A stretch of 64,000 nt of DNA from Candidatus Poseidoniia archaeon (GCA_030748895.1 JASMLC010000003.1:3621-67620); one strand, 5' to 3'; counted from the first letter of the stretch, positions 9,341 through 21,375 are shown. Program-made: numbers and translations. Notes: generated from the letters alone by a model not told the origin.

Positions 9341-9838
9341 TTAATCGTCGCCGCCGAAATCCCAGATGCTGTCACCGATAAAATGGAGCGTCTTCACCGC
9401 CTTGCCGCGAGTGGCGGCGACCATCTCCGCGCCATCCATGCTCGCCTCGCCCACTGCCAGCGGCCGCTGGTGATTTTCCTCGCGCACCCAGACCAGGTCG
9501 CCCTTCGCGACCGCCTCTGCGACAGCGTTGATTCCGGCCGCCATCACGTTGGCGCCGTTGCGCAGGAATGGCACCGCGCCCATGTCCACCTGCACCCAGC
9601 CGCCCGGCGGTGTCACCACCAGCAGGCCGCGCACCGCGAGGTGCCAGCGGTCGCCGCGCTCAAGCGCAATCACGCGGCCGTCGCGCAACAGCGCCTGCCC
9701 CGTCGGGGACTGCGCCAGCTCGACCTCGCCGGGGCGGTAGCTGAATTCCAGCCCGTGCGCCTCGCCCAGCGCCGCGTTCAGCGTGCGCGCCTCGCGCTTG
9801 TTGACCGGGTGGCGGCGACGGAGGTTGAACTGCGCCAT
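9341..9838 (-). CDS. PUA-domain RNA-binding protein
   Basis: VDMGAVPFLRNGANVMAAGI...KGDLVWV...PLAVG...GKAVKTLHFIGD. Confidence 0.9.
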   Translation of the reverse strand: MAQFNLRRRHPVNKREARTLNAALGEAHGLEFSYRPGEVELAQSPTGQALLRDGRVIALERGDRWHLAVRGLLVVTPPGGWVQVDMGAVPFLRNGANVMAAGINAVAEAVAKGDLVWVREENHQRPLAVGEASMDGAEMVAATRGKAVKTLHFIGDSIWDFGGDD

Positions 9839-9885
9839 GCGGCCGCAGGACAGGGGGTCTTTTAGCGGACCGCGCTGGGCGCGCG

Positions 9886-11199
9886 ATGCGCATCGCAGTC
9901 ATGGGAACTGGCTACGTCGGACTCGTCACGGGAGCCACTTTCGCGGCCGGCGGCCACGACGTGGCGTGCCTCGATATCCTCCCCGAGCGGGTCGCAGCGC
10001 TCAACGCCGGCGACTGCCCGATTTTCGAGCCGGGGCTCCCCGAGCTGCTCGCCGCCGGCCTCGCGTCGGGGAAGCTGCGCGGCTCGGGCGAGATGGACGC
10101 TGAAATCGCGGCGGCCGACCTGACCTTCATCTGCGTCGGCACCCCGTCGCGCGACGACGGCTCGATGGACATGGCACAGGTCGAGTCGGCTGCAGCGGCC
10201 ATCGGCGACGCGCTCGCCGCTGGCGAGCGCGAGCATGTCGTCGTCGTGAAATCAACGGTTCTGCCGCGGACGACCGAGGAACTGGTGCTGCCCCGCGTGC
10301 TCGAGCGCAGCGGCCGCGACCGAAAGGCCGTGGGCTTCGCGATGAACCCCGAGTTCCTGCGCGAAGGCACGGCGGTCGCCGATGCCCTGCAGCCGGACCG
10401 CATCGTCATCGGCGCTGCCGACGGGCTGGCGCTGGCGAAGCTGCGCGAACTTTACGCGGGCGCGGAGTGCCCGGTGCTCGAGTGCGACCCCCGCACGGCG
10501 GAGATGGTCAAGTATGCCAGCAACGCGTTCCTCGCCGCCAAGGTCTCCTACGCCAACGAGGTCGCGAACCTGTGCGAGGCATGGGGTATTGATTTCGTTA
10601 CGGTCGCGGAGGGGATGGGGCTCGACGACCGCATCTCGCCCCGCTTCCTGCGCGCCGGCGCCGGCTACGGCGGCTCCTGCTTCCCCAAGGACGTCAAGGC
10701 ATTGCGCGCCGCCGCCGCCGCAGAAGACTTGCCGGCGGCGATGCTCGACGCGACGCTCGCCGTGAACGACTCGCAGCCGCTGCTGCTGGTCGCGTGGGCC
10801 CGCGACGCGCTCGGCTCGCTGCGCGGCAAGCGCGTCGCGCTGCTCGGCCTGGCGTTCAAGCCCGACACCGACGACGTGCGCGAGGCGCGCGCCGCCGTGG
10901 TGGCGCGCGCCCTGCTCGAAGCCGGCGCCGCCGTGGTGGGCTGCGACCCGCAGGCGGCCGCCAACTTCGGCGCACTGTGCGACATCGAGATTGCGCCTTC
11001 CGCAGAGGCGGCGCTCGCGGGCGCCGACTGCGCCATCCTGATGACCGAGTGGCCCGAGTACGCGGCGCTGCCGCCAGCCGTCTTCGCGGAGCGTATGGCG
11101 CGACCGCTGCTGCTCGACGGCCGCCGCGCCTGCGACGCGGCGGCGATGCGCGAAGCGGGCGTCGAGTATCGCGCTATCGGGCTCGGCGGGAGCGAGTAA
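9886..11199 (+). CDS. ugd: UDP-glucose/GDP-mannose 6-dehydrogenase
   Basis: GTGYVG, ICVGTP, VVKSTV, NPEFLREG, GYGGSCFPKD, GLAFKPDTDDVRE. Confidence 0.96.
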   Translation: MRIAVMGTGYVGLVTGATFAAGGHDVACLDILPERVAALNAGDCPIFEPGLPELLAAGLASGKLRGSGEMDAEIAAADLTFICVGTPSRDDGSMDMAQVESAAAAIGDALAAGEREHVVVVKSTVLPRTTEELVLPRVLERSGRDRKAVGFAMNPEFLREGTAVADALQPDRIVIGAADGLALAKLRELYAGAECPVLECDPRTAEMVKYASNAFLAAKVSYANEVANLCEAWGIDFVTVAEGMGLDDRISPRFLRAGAGYGGSCFPKDVKALRAAAAAEDLPAAMLDATLAVNDSQPLLLVAWARDALGSLRGKRVALLGLAFKPDTDDVREARAAVVARALLEAGAAVVGCDPQAAANFGALCDIEIAPSAEAALAGADCAILMTEWPEYAALPPAVFAERMARPLLLDGRRACDAAAMREAGVEYRAIGLGGSE

Positions 11200-11269
11200 A
11201 TTCTTTAATATGCCACCCAAGTCCGCCGTCTCCCCGCGGTCCGTGGACTGCGGAATCTGGTGAAACACC

Positions 11270-11434
11270 ATGACCAAAGGCACGGCATCATTCGGAAAGC
11301 GGCAGAAGAAGACCCACATCATCTGCCGGCGCTGCGGTCGTCACGCTTACCACGTTCGCAAGAAGCGCTGCGCCGCCTGCGGCTTCGGCGCCTCCGCGCG
11401 CCAGCGCAGCTACAGCTGGGCCAAGTCGCACTGA
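11270..11434 (+). CDS. rpl37e: 50S ribosomal protein L37e (missing from ORF track)
   Basis: Hand translation [54 protein letters not shown]; Zn finger CxxC...CxxC. Confidence 0.97.
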   Translation: MTKGTASFGKRQKKTHIICRRCGRHAYHVRKKRCAACGFGASARQRSYSWAKSH

Positions 11435-12837
11435 TGCCCCTCCGGGAGGCGTGCGGCGTCGTCGGCATCACCACCGCGACGCCGGTACTCCACAACCTGC
11501 TCGTCGGCCTCCGGGCGTTGCAGCACCGCGGGCAGGAATCAGCCGGCGTCGCGCTCTTCGACGGCGAGCACCTGACGCGGCGCGGGATGGGGCTGGTGTC
11601 GGAAGCGCTCACCAACTTCGAGACGCGCTTCCACGACGCCGCGACCGGCATCGGCCACGTGCGCTACTCGACCGCCGGCGGCTCCTCGCTGCGTAACGCG
11701 CAGCCGATTACCGCCAGCTTCGCGACCGGCGAGCTGAGCCTGGCGCACAACGGCACCATCTCCAACCAGCAGGAGCTGCGCGAGCAGTGGGAAGCCGAGG
11801 GCTCCGCCTTCATGTCCGACACCGACTCGGAAATCATCGTGCGGCTCATCGCGCACCGGCTGCCGCACGCCGGCTCGATGGTCGGCGCCATCCGCGAGGC
11901 TATGGGGCGCATGGTCGGCAGCTATTCGATTACGTTGCTGCACAACGACGAGCTCTTCGCCTTCCGCGACCCGCTCGGCATCAAGCCGCTCTGCCTCGGC
12001 GAGCTGCCCGACGGCCATGTCGTCGCCTCCGAGAGCGTCGCACTCGACGCGATGGGCGCCACTTTCGTGCGCGACATTACGCCGGGCGAGATTGTCCAGC
12101 TGACGCCCGACAGCGTCGTTTCGCATCCGCCCCCCGCCGGGGGCGAGCGGGCGTTCTGCATGTTCGAATACGTCTACTTCGCGCGACCCGACTCGCGCAT
12201 GGACGGGACGCTGGCCTACTCCGTGCGACAGGAACTGGGGCGCCAGCTCTGGCGCGAGCACCCGGTCGAGGCCGACGTCGTGGTGCCGGTGCCCGACTCC
12301 GGCATCGCGCACGCACTGGGCTTCGCCGAGGCGGCTGGAATTCCGTACCGCGAGGGGCTCATCAAGAACCGCTACGTCTGGCGCTCGTTCATCCAGCCGC
12401 ATGACGCGCAGCGCAAGGCGACCATCAACGAGAAGCTGAACCCGATGCGCGAGTTCCTCGAGGGGCAGCGAGTGGTACTCATCGACGACTCCATCGTGCG
12501 CGGCAACACTTCGCGCCGCATCGTTGCGCGCGTCCGCGAGGCGGGCGCGCGCGAGGTGCACCTGCGGGTCGGCTGCCCGCCAATAATTGCCCCCTGCTAC
12601 CTCGGCATCGACATGCCCAGCCGCGAGGAATTCATCGCCCCCGGCAAGAGCGCGGCCGAAATCACGCGCGACGTCGGCGCCGACTCTGTCGCTTATATAT
12701 CTATCGACGGGCTGGTGCGTGCAGTCGGCAAGCCGCACGACGAGCTCTGCCTCGGCTGCATCAGCGAGGAATACCCGGTCCCGATCCCGGGTGAGCGGAT
12801 ACGCGGACAGGCAACACTGGAAGAGTTCGAGGCGTAG
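11434..12837 (+). CDS. purF: Amidophosphoribosyltransferase
   Basis: REACGVVG (N-terminal nucleophile Cys), QHRGQESAG, GHVRYST, CMFEYVYFARPDS, LIDDSIVRGNT; ATG overlaps the rpl37e stop. Confidence 0.97.
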   Translation: MPLREACGVVGITTATPVLHNLLVGLRALQHRGQESAGVALFDGEHLTRRGMGLVSEALTNFETRFHDAATGIGHVRYSTAGGSSLRNAQPITASFATGELSLAHNGTISNQQELREQWEAEGSAFMSDTDSEIIVRLIAHRLPHAGSMVGAIREAMGRMVGSYSITLLHNDELFAFRDPLGIKPLCLGELPDGHVVASESVALDAMGATFVRDITPGEIVQLTPDSVVSHPPPAGGERAFCMFEYVYFARPDSRMDGTLAYSVRQELGRQLWREHPVEADVVVPVPDSGIAHALGFAEAAGIPYREGLIKNRYVWRSFIQPHDAQRKATINEKLNPMREFLEGQRVVLIDDSIVRGNTSRRIVARVREAGAREVHLRVGCPPIIAPCYLGIDMPSREEFIAPGKSAAEITRDVGADSVAYISIDGLVRAVGKPHDELCLGCISEEYPVPIPGERIRGQATLEEFEA

Positions 12838-12838
12838 G

Positions 12839-13333
12839 TTAGAGCGCGACCAGATAGTAGCGCTTGAAGCGACCCCAGAAACGCGACTCCAGTTCTCCGC
12901 GTCGCTCCAGTTCCCCGAGGTGGTAACTGGCCAGCTGCCGGCTTACCTCCAGGTTCTCGGCAATCTCCTTCTGACTCAGCCCGCTGCGGTCGGTCAGCAG
13001 CGCCAGGATTTGCTGCTGGAGCCGGTGCAGCAGCGGCCCCGGCTCCACCTTGACGCCGACCGGGAAGAAGCGCTTGTGCGTCCCTTCGATTTCGGTGCGA
13101 AGGAATCCTTCGGTCTCGAGGATATCGAGATGGTAGGTCACGACGCCGTTCGAGAGCTCGAGGTTGTCGCGAATGGATGAGTAGCAGTCGCCCGGGTTAG
13201 CGCGCACGTAGCCGTAAATCTGCCCGCGCACGAACTGGTCCAGCACTTCGTCCTTGCGGAGCCTGACGTAGAGCGGAAGGCAGAGCAGCCAGAGCCATGA
13301 CCGACCTCTGTCAGTCGCGTAGACGGCGGCGAA
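12839..13333 (-). CDS. Double winged-helix transcriptional regulator module with a short N-terminal hydrophobic segment; no start of its own, probable +1-frame continuation of the upstream surface protein
   Basis: LYVRLRKDEVLDQFVRGQIYGYVRANPG...LELSNGVVTYHLDILE...GLSQKEIAENLEVSRQLASYHL; frame is +1 relative to 13311..15704. Confidence 0.8.
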   Translation of the reverse strand, partial: FAAVYATDRGRSWLWLLCLPLYVRLRKDEVLDQFVRGQIYGYVRANPGDCYSSIRDNLELSNGVVTYHLDILETEGFLRTEIEGTHKRFFPVGVKVEPGPLLHRLQQQILALLTDRSGLSQKEIAENLEVSRQLASYHLGELERRGELESRFWGRFKRYYLVAL

Positions 13334-15704
13334 AGGAGGCGACCACCCCCGTTCCGCCCAGTGTGGCGATGACCATCGCCGCGCTCGGCCCGGGCAGGAA
13401 GCTGCCGCCATCCTCGGTCGCGATGACCGATGCCACTGCCTGGCCTGCGACCGTGCTGTCGCCGCGCGAGGCGGCACTTACCGAGAACACGAGCGTGTCC
13501 TTCTCGGCCGCGTCGGCCGGGACAGTTACGGTCGCAGTTACGGTCGTGAAGTCGCCCGCGCCGAGCGTCACTGAATCCTCGGAGAGCGTCACCGACCATC
13601 CGTCGGCGCTGGAATTGGTGTAGACCATCTGCGCCAGCAGGTCGAAGGTATCTTCCTGCCCGCCGGTGTTGAGCACCGTCACGCTGAAGCTGGCGTTTTC
13701 GCCCGGCGCGACTGCGCGCACCAGCGGTTCCATCGAGACCGCGACGCCGTATGCGCCGGAGTAAACTACGGGGCCGTCACGCCAGTCGGTATCGACCGCC
13801 TGCTTGCCGTCGCTGGCGAGGAAGCTGTATTCGTGGCTGCCCACCGCCAGGCCATCCACCGCGACGGCGTAGCGCACGCCCTCGCCGAAGCCGCCGTCGC
13901 CGTCGGAGTCGCGCGACATGACGTGCTTGGCGTCATCGAGTCGCAGCTTGACGTAATGCGGTGCATCGCCGTCGGCGTCGCTGTAGATTACGCTGAAGGT
14001 GAACTCGGTTTCGGGACTGCCCGATTCCGGCTCGACCATGCCGTCGCGGAGCTCCGGCGCGTGGTTCTCGCCGCCACCGCGCGGGTAGAGCGCGACTGCC
14101 TCGTGCTCCCACCAGTCGGTCGCTTCACGGTCACCCGAACGGTCGCCATCGCCACCGTCGCCACCATCTCCGCCATCTCCACCATCTCCACCATCTCCAC
14201 CATCGCCGCCATCGCCGCCATCATCGCCCTCTTCGGGGCCGATTAGCAGGTCAAGAGCATAGTGGCCCGCTTCCTCGGGCGACCAGTCAAAGTAGTGGGT
14301 GTCTTCCCCCGATTCGCCGTAGAGCACGAATTCCTCGAATATGTGGCCAACCTTGTGGTCACCCTGCCATACGCGCAGCATCACCCACACATCCAGCGCC
14401 TCATGTTCCGTATCACCGTTGAACCAGATGCGCGCGGTGTCGTCCTTGCCGTCCTCGTCGGTGTCGAGCACGTAAAGCTCGACCATTCGGAACCACGGGT
14501 CGCCGTGCTCTTCCTCGTCGTGCTCGGGACGCAGCTCGACGCCAGTCGTTTCGCCCGCCTCGACGTATATTTCGTCACCGTCCCATGCCTCGTTCTCCAG
14601 CGAGAGGCCGATGTAGTACCAGCCTTCCTCGAGCTCAAACTCATCGAGCAGGTGGTCGCCGTGCGGGACCTCGTATTCGCCGAGCAGGTCATCGCTGATG
14701 TAGAGCGCACCCCACTGCCCGTCGAAGTCGTTGATACTCCAGACCTTTAGCCAGCCGTAGTCGTCGTCATCCTGCTCGGGCGTGAGCAACACCTCGCTGG
14801 TCTCGCCGTCGTGGATTTCGACCTCCTTCTCGCTCCAGGCGTCGTTCTCGAGGATGAGCTTGACCGAGTGGCCGCCCGCCTCGATTTCGTAAATTGTATC
14901 GAGCAGGTAGGCATGCTCGGTCTGCTCTACCTCGTATTCTCCGACTACTTCGCCATCCAGCTTGAGCCAGCCCCACTGGTCCTCGAAGCTGCTTTCGACC
15001 CACACTTCGAGCGAGCCATAGCCGTCGTCGCCGTTATCGACCCAGGGGCCTTCCTGCCACTCGGTCTCGGCCATCGCGTCGCCGTCGCTGGCGATGTACT
15101 GGTAGGAATGCTCGCCCTCCTCCAGCTCGGAGAGGGTGCGCACGTACCAGACACCCTCGACGTAGTCGTCCGAATCGCCAGACTGCTCCATGTGGTATTC
15201 GTTGTAGGCGCTGTCCAGCCGCAGCTTGACATACTCCGGCGCGTCGTTGTCGGCGTCACGGTAGTAGACCTTGAAAGTGAATTCGGTCTCCGAGCTGCCT
15301 TCCTGCGGTGTTACCCACGGCTCGTGGAGCGTTGGTGCGCGGTTCTCCAGCACGGGCACCAGCAGCACCTCGCTGGTGTGGTTGGCCATGACCGTCGCCT
15401 CCTCCTGGCAGCTGGCGTCGTTCTCCAGCTCAAGCGTGACGACATAGTCGCCCGCGTACAGCTCGAGCGTGTCGAGCAAGTACGCCTCGTCGGACGCCTC
15501 GACCCAGTATTCGTCGATGAAGTCGTCGCCAATGTAGAGGTCGCCCCACTGGTCGTCGAAGTCGCTCTCGACCCGGATTTCCAGGTAGCCGTTGTCCGAG
15601 CTGCCTTCACCACCGAGCACTGCGGGGAGCAGGCCGACGGCAAGCATCAGCGCCAGCAGGATGCTGGAGCCCTGTGCGTAGCGGGAATTCATGGTTTTCA
15701 CCAC
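13311..15704 (-). CDS. Acidic repeat-rich surface protein with C-terminal PG-TM-RRR anchor
   Basis: Signal peptide; three G.L...FDDQWG.L..EY.V...LLD..EL..G...LEN repeats; two N(R/H)AP.L...GS.ETEFTF.V.Y.DAD.DAP.YVKLRLD repeats; ends FLPGPSAAMVIATLGGTGVVASFRRRLRD. Confidence 0.85.
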   Translation of the reverse strand: MVKTMNSRYAQGSSILLALMLAVGLLPAVLGGEGSSDNGYLEIRVESDFDDQWGDLYIGDDFIDEYWVEASDEAYLLDTLELYAGDYVVTLELENDASCQEEATVMANHTSEVLLVPVLENRAPTLHEPWVTPQEGSSETEFTFKVYYRDADNDAPEYVKLRLDSAYNEYHMEQSGDSDDYVEGVWYVRTLSELEEGEHSYQYIASDGDAMAETEWQEGPWVDNGDDGYGSLEVWVESSFEDQWGWLKLDGEVVGEYEVEQTEHAYLLDTIYEIEAGGHSVKLILENDAWSEKEVEIHDGETSEVLLTPEQDDDDYGWLKVWSINDFDGQWGALYISDDLLGEYEVPHGDHLLDEFELEEGWYYIGLSLENEAWDGDEIYVEAGETTGVELRPEHDEEEHGDPWFRMVELYVLDTDEDGKDDTARIWFNGDTEHEALDVWVMLRVWQGDHKVGHIFEEFVLYGESGEDTHYFDWSPEEAGHYALDLLIGPEEGDDGGDGGDGGDGGDGGDGGDGGDGGDGDRSGDREATDWWEHEAVALYPRGGGENHAPELRDGMVEPESGSPETEFTFSVIYSDADGDAPHYVKLRLDDAKHVMSRDSDGDGGFGEGVRYAVAVDGLAVGSHEYSFLASDGKQAVDTDWRDGPVVYSGAYGVAVSMEPLVRAVAPGENASFSVTVLNTGGQEDTFDLLAQMVYTNSSADGWSVTLSEDSVTLGAGDFTTVTATVTVPADAAEKDTLVFSVSAASRGDSTVAGQAVASVIATEDGGSFLPGPSAAMVIATLGGTGVVASFRRRLRD
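14144..14229 (-). repeat. 9-bp coding tandem repeat encoding (DGG)n linker
   Basis: GGDDGGDGGDGGDGGDGGDGGDGGDGD in the 797-aa protein. Confidence 0.9.
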
Positions 15705-15771
15705 CGTTTCAAGCCCTACAAGCTATATTAGGGGGCTGGTACAGAATTTTGCGTGTCGCCTGTTGCGTCGC

Positions 15772-16767
15772 CTATTCCCACAAAAACCAGGTGTCGCCAC
15801 CGTCGCGCACCGCGCTCACGTTGCCGCCCCACGCATCGGGCGCGCGCGCCTCGACCGTGCGCAGCGTGAATGGGTCGAGCAGCTGCAGTTCGCGTCCGCG
15901 CCGGCTCACCACCTGCACCTCGCGCTCCTCGCCCAGCCGGCGCGCCGCCTCCAGCCCGGAGAGCTTCGGCTTCCAGTCCGGCCGCGTTTCCGACGCGCAG
16001 CGAAGGCGGGCGCGTCGCTGCTCGATGGCGGCGACGCGCCACGCTGCGCTATCGTGGAGCACGACGTCGTCCGCCAGCACCGGCGGCAGCCGCACGCCGA
16101 AGGTGTGCCGTAGCACGTCGCGCCCCTCGCGGCGGCCGACCAGCGACGACGTCTCCTTGACTTCGCCGCCCATCACCAGCAGCAGCGCCCGCGCTAGCGC
16201 CCGCGCGCGGTCGGTCGACGAAAGCTGGAAGTCGTAGCCACCGCGCACCGGCCCGTCCTCGGTCGCAAAGAATTGCGGCGCGCCTTCCTCCAGCGCGGCA
16301 TTGACGCGCGTAACCGCCGCCGCGAGCACCGCCTCGCGGGGGGTCCGCAGCTGGAGCGTCGCCTCGTAGTAGCCGCCCGCCTGCCGCGAGCAGCTGGTGC
16401 AGGCGCGGAACTCGAGCAGGATATCGCGCTCGAAGCGCTGCTCGAGCGCGACGCCGTCGAGACTGCCGCTCGCGCTGCCGTCGGCGCGGAAGCGGTGCGG
16501 GTCGAGCTCGCGCAGCTCGAAGTCAAGCTGGTTCCCCGTCAGGCCATCCGCCCACGCCAGCGCCCCGCGCAGCGCCGCGCCAGCCGCGTCCGCCGGCGAG
16601 TCGTGCAGCTCCCAGCCGCCCGGCACTTCGCGCGCCGCGCAGTGGCGGCAGCAGATGGCCTGCACCGCCTGCGGGAACTCGGCCGGGCTATGGGCGGCGC
16701 TGAAGCAGGCATGGCACACGCTGCGCGCGAGCGGCGGCGGAGCGCCGCATTTCAGGCATTGCTGCAC
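15772..16767 (-). CDS. nmd3: NMD3-family ribosome-associated Zn-ribbon protein
   Basis: [31 protein letters not shown]; start refined to GTG at 16767. Confidence 0.85.
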   Translation of the reverse strand: MQQCLKCGAPPPLARSVCHACFSAAHSPAEFPQAVQAICCRHCAAREVPGGWELHDSPADAAGAALRGALAWADGLTGNQLDFELRELDPHRFRADGSASGSLDGVALEQRFERDILLEFRACTSCSRQAGGYYEATLQLRTPREAVLAAAVTRVNAALEEGAPQFFATEDGPVRGGYDFQLSSTDRARALARALLLVMGGEVKETSSLVGRREGRDVLRHTFGVRLPPVLADDVVLHDSAAWRVAAIEQRRARLRCASETRPDWKPKLSGLEAARRLGEEREVQVVSRRGRELQLLDPFTLRTVEARAPDAWGGNVSAVRDGGDTWFLWE

Positions 16768-16853
16768 GGCGCGGCAGCGACGGCCGGTTATGCTATTTGC
16801 GCGACGCACGCTTCTTAAGCAGCGCGAAGCTGCGCTGCTTCGCGGTGAGAGCA

Positions 16854-18784
<1,931 letters not shown>

Positions 18785-18788
<4 letters not shown>

Positions 18789-20425
18789 CCCGCCGGCGCG
18801 ACCATTCCTGCCGGGTCGAGCAGTTCGCGCAGCTCCTGCTCGGACAGGTCGGTGAGCTCCAGCGCTTCTTCCAGCACGGTGCGCCCGGACGCGTGCGCCG
18901 CCTTGGCAATCTTGGCGGCCTGCTCGTAGCCGACCGCGGGGGCGAGCGCCGTGGCGAGCATCAGCCCCGACTGGAGCAGCTCGGGACCGCGGCCGGTCGC
19001 TTCCAGCCCGGCGATGCACTTCTCGCCGAAGATGGTCGCGGAAGCGGCGAGCAGCTGGATTGCCTGTAGCAGGTTGTGGGCGGCGAGCGGCAGCATCGTG
19101 TTCAGCTCGAGGTAGCCGCCCTGCGCCGCGTGCAGCAGCGCGGTGTCGCACGCAATCGCCTGCGCGGACGCCTGGATGACCGCTTCGGGAATCACGGGGT
19201 TGACCTTGCCCGGCATGATGGACGAGCCGGGCTGCACCGACGGCAGCCTGAGTTCGGCCAGCCCGCAGCGCGGCCCCGAGCCGAGCCAGCGGATGTCATT
19301 GGCGACCTTCTGCAAAGCCACCGCCAGGCAGCGCAGCGCGCCGCCCAGCGCCAGTACCCCGTCGAGCGACGACTGCGCCAGGAAGTGGTTGTCGGTTTCA
19401 TGGACATCTATTCCGACCAGTTGCGAGAGCTCTTCGCACGCCAGCCCGGCAAACTCGGGGTGGGTGTTGACGCCGGTGCCGACCGCTGTGCCGCCCAGCG
19501 CCAGCGGCGCCAGCTCATCCTGCGCCACCAGCAGTCGGTCGAGCGCCCGCTCGACGAGCCCCGCGTAGCCCTGGAATTCCTGCCCCAGCCGGATGGGGGT
19601 GGCGTCCATCAAGTGGGTGCGGCCGGTCTTGATGACGTCGTGGAACTCCTGCGCCTTGGCTTCGAGCGCCGCCTGCAGCGCCAGCAGCGCTGGCAGCAAC
19701 TGGCCGTGCAGCTCAAGGAGCGCAGCGACGTGCAGCGCGGTCGGGACGACATCGTTGGAACTCTGCCCCAGATTAACGTGATCGTTGGGGTGCACCTTGC
19801 TGCCGAGCGACTCGCTCGCCAGCCGCGCGATGACCTCGTTAGCGTTCATGTTGCTCGACGTCCCCGACCCGGTCTGGAAAACGTCGACCGGGAAATGCGC
19901 GTCGTGCTCCCCCTCAGCCACGGCCAGCGCCACCTGCTCGACCGCTTCCGCAATCCCGCTGTCGAGCAGCCCCAGCTGCCGGTTGGCGCGCGCGGCGGCG
20001 ACCTTGATGCAGCCCAGCGCGCGGATGAAGCTGCGGCCCATGCGCAGGCCACTGACCGGGAAGTTCAGCACCGCGCGTTGCGTCGAAGCCCCCCACAGGG
20101 CGTCGGCCGGTACCTCCATCTCGCCCATCGTGTCCTGCTCGACGCGCGTGTAGGGGTCGGCCGGCAGCGCCCCCGCGCCTGCGGCAACATCCGGCACGGC
20201 TCCGGTCGCCGGCTGCGCGCCGACTACGGCGCGCAGCCGCTCGCGGCGGTGGGCCGGACACTGGAACAGCCCGTATTCCGGAAACCGGACGTGCCCCTCG
20301 CCCAGGTCGGCGAGCAGCTGGCCCAGCGCAGCCGTGAGCGAAAGGCCGTCGTAGCACGACTCGGCATAGCCCTGCAACTGCTGGTGCACCTCTTTCGTGA
20401 CGCGTATCGACGTGTAGTCGGGCAT
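18785..20425 (-). CDS. fumC: Class II fumarate hydratase with N-terminal RHH-like extension
   Basis: [53 protein letters not shown]; ~90 extra N-terminal residues in frame. Confidence 0.92.
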
Positions 20426-20454
20426 GAGCCACACTGGGCAGCACCGTATAAAAA

Positions 20455-20490
20455 TGTATGCAATATGTATTATTATGCAATATGCATACA
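20455..20490. promoter_or_regulatory. AT-rich operator-like array upstream of fumC: inverted TGTATGCA...TGCATACA plus direct TATGCAATATG x2
   Basis: Inverted halves at 20455-20462 and 20483-20490; direct copies at 20457-20467 and 20474-20484. Confidence 0.6.
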
Positions 20491-20583
20491 GAAATAGGAC
20501 GAGTCAGACTAATTCCGGCTAATGTGATGGTTCTCGTCGAGCAAATTGAGCCGACGCGCGCCGCAGTGAGTGCTGGCAGCCCG

Positions 20584-21375
20584 CTATTCCGAAACCAGCG
20601 CCAGCAGCGCGTCGTGCAGCACGCCATTGCTCGCGACGCACCCCACGCTGTCGGGCGTCCACGGCTCGCCCGTCAGGTCGCTGACGCGGCCGCCCGCCTC
20701 CGTGACTAGTATGATTCCGGCCGCGATGTCCCACACTTTCGCGCCCGATACTACGTAGCCGTCATACCTGCCCGCACCAACGTAGGCGATATCGAGCGCG
20801 GCGGAGCCGGTACGTCGCGTTGCACGGGAAACGCGGCAGAGCTTGTCCCACACCGAGCTAACCAGCCGGTAATCGGCTCCGTCACGGTCGTAGGGAAAGC
20901 CGGTCGCAAAGAGCCCGTTCACGAATTCCGCGTTCGCTGTTACCGCCAGCCGGCGTCGCTTGCCGCCCGACTCGAGCCAGGCGCCCTCCCCGCGAGCAGC
21001 AATGCAAAGCTCGTCGGTGAAGGGATTCGCAATTGCGCCGGCGGTGACTTCACCGCCCTCCAGCAGCGCCAGCGTGCTACAGCAGTGCGGAACCGCGTGC
21101 GCAAAGTTGGTCGTCCCGTCAATCGGGTCGACGACCCAGGTGCGGTCACCCGCACGGCCATCGCGCTGCGTACCCTCCTCGGCATGGATGCCATCCTGCG
21201 GCCGCTCGCGCTCGAGCAGCGCCACCATCACCGCCTCGGCAGCGCGGTCGGTCTCCGTCACAAGGTCGACCGGCCCCTTCATCTCGACCTGCTGCGGGCG
21301 GCCGAAGCCGGCGCGGATGGCCTCCGCGCCGGCTTGCGCGGCGGCGGCGGCAACCTCCATGTCGCTCAGCGGCAC
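20584..21375 (-). CDS. suhB: Inositol monophosphatase family protein
   Basis: DLVTETD, AEEG, WVVDPIDGTTNF, GSAALD, WDIAAG. Confidence 0.93.
   Translation of the reverse strand: MPLSDMEVAAAAAQAGAEAIRAGFGRPQQVEMKGPVDLVTETDRAAEAVMVALLERERPQDGIHAEEGTQRDGRAGDRTWVVDPIDGTTNFAHAVPHCCSTLALLEGGEVTAGAIANPFTDELCIAARGEGAWLESGGKRRRLAVTANAEFVNGLFATGFPYDRDGADYRLVSSVWDKLCRVSRATRRTGSAALDIAYVGAGRYDGYVVSGAKVWDIAAGIILVTEAGGRVSDLTGEPWTPDSVGCVASNGVLHDALLALVSE

Noticed and set aside
14144-14229. Short tandem repeats resembling an array
   Set aside because: 9-bp units without spacers, in frame as (DGG)n. Not CRISPR; no cas genes in the window.
15705-15771. Imperfect inverted repeat AGCCCTA...TAGGGGGCT upstream of the surface-protein gene
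   Set aside because: Too degenerate to call an operator without comparative data.
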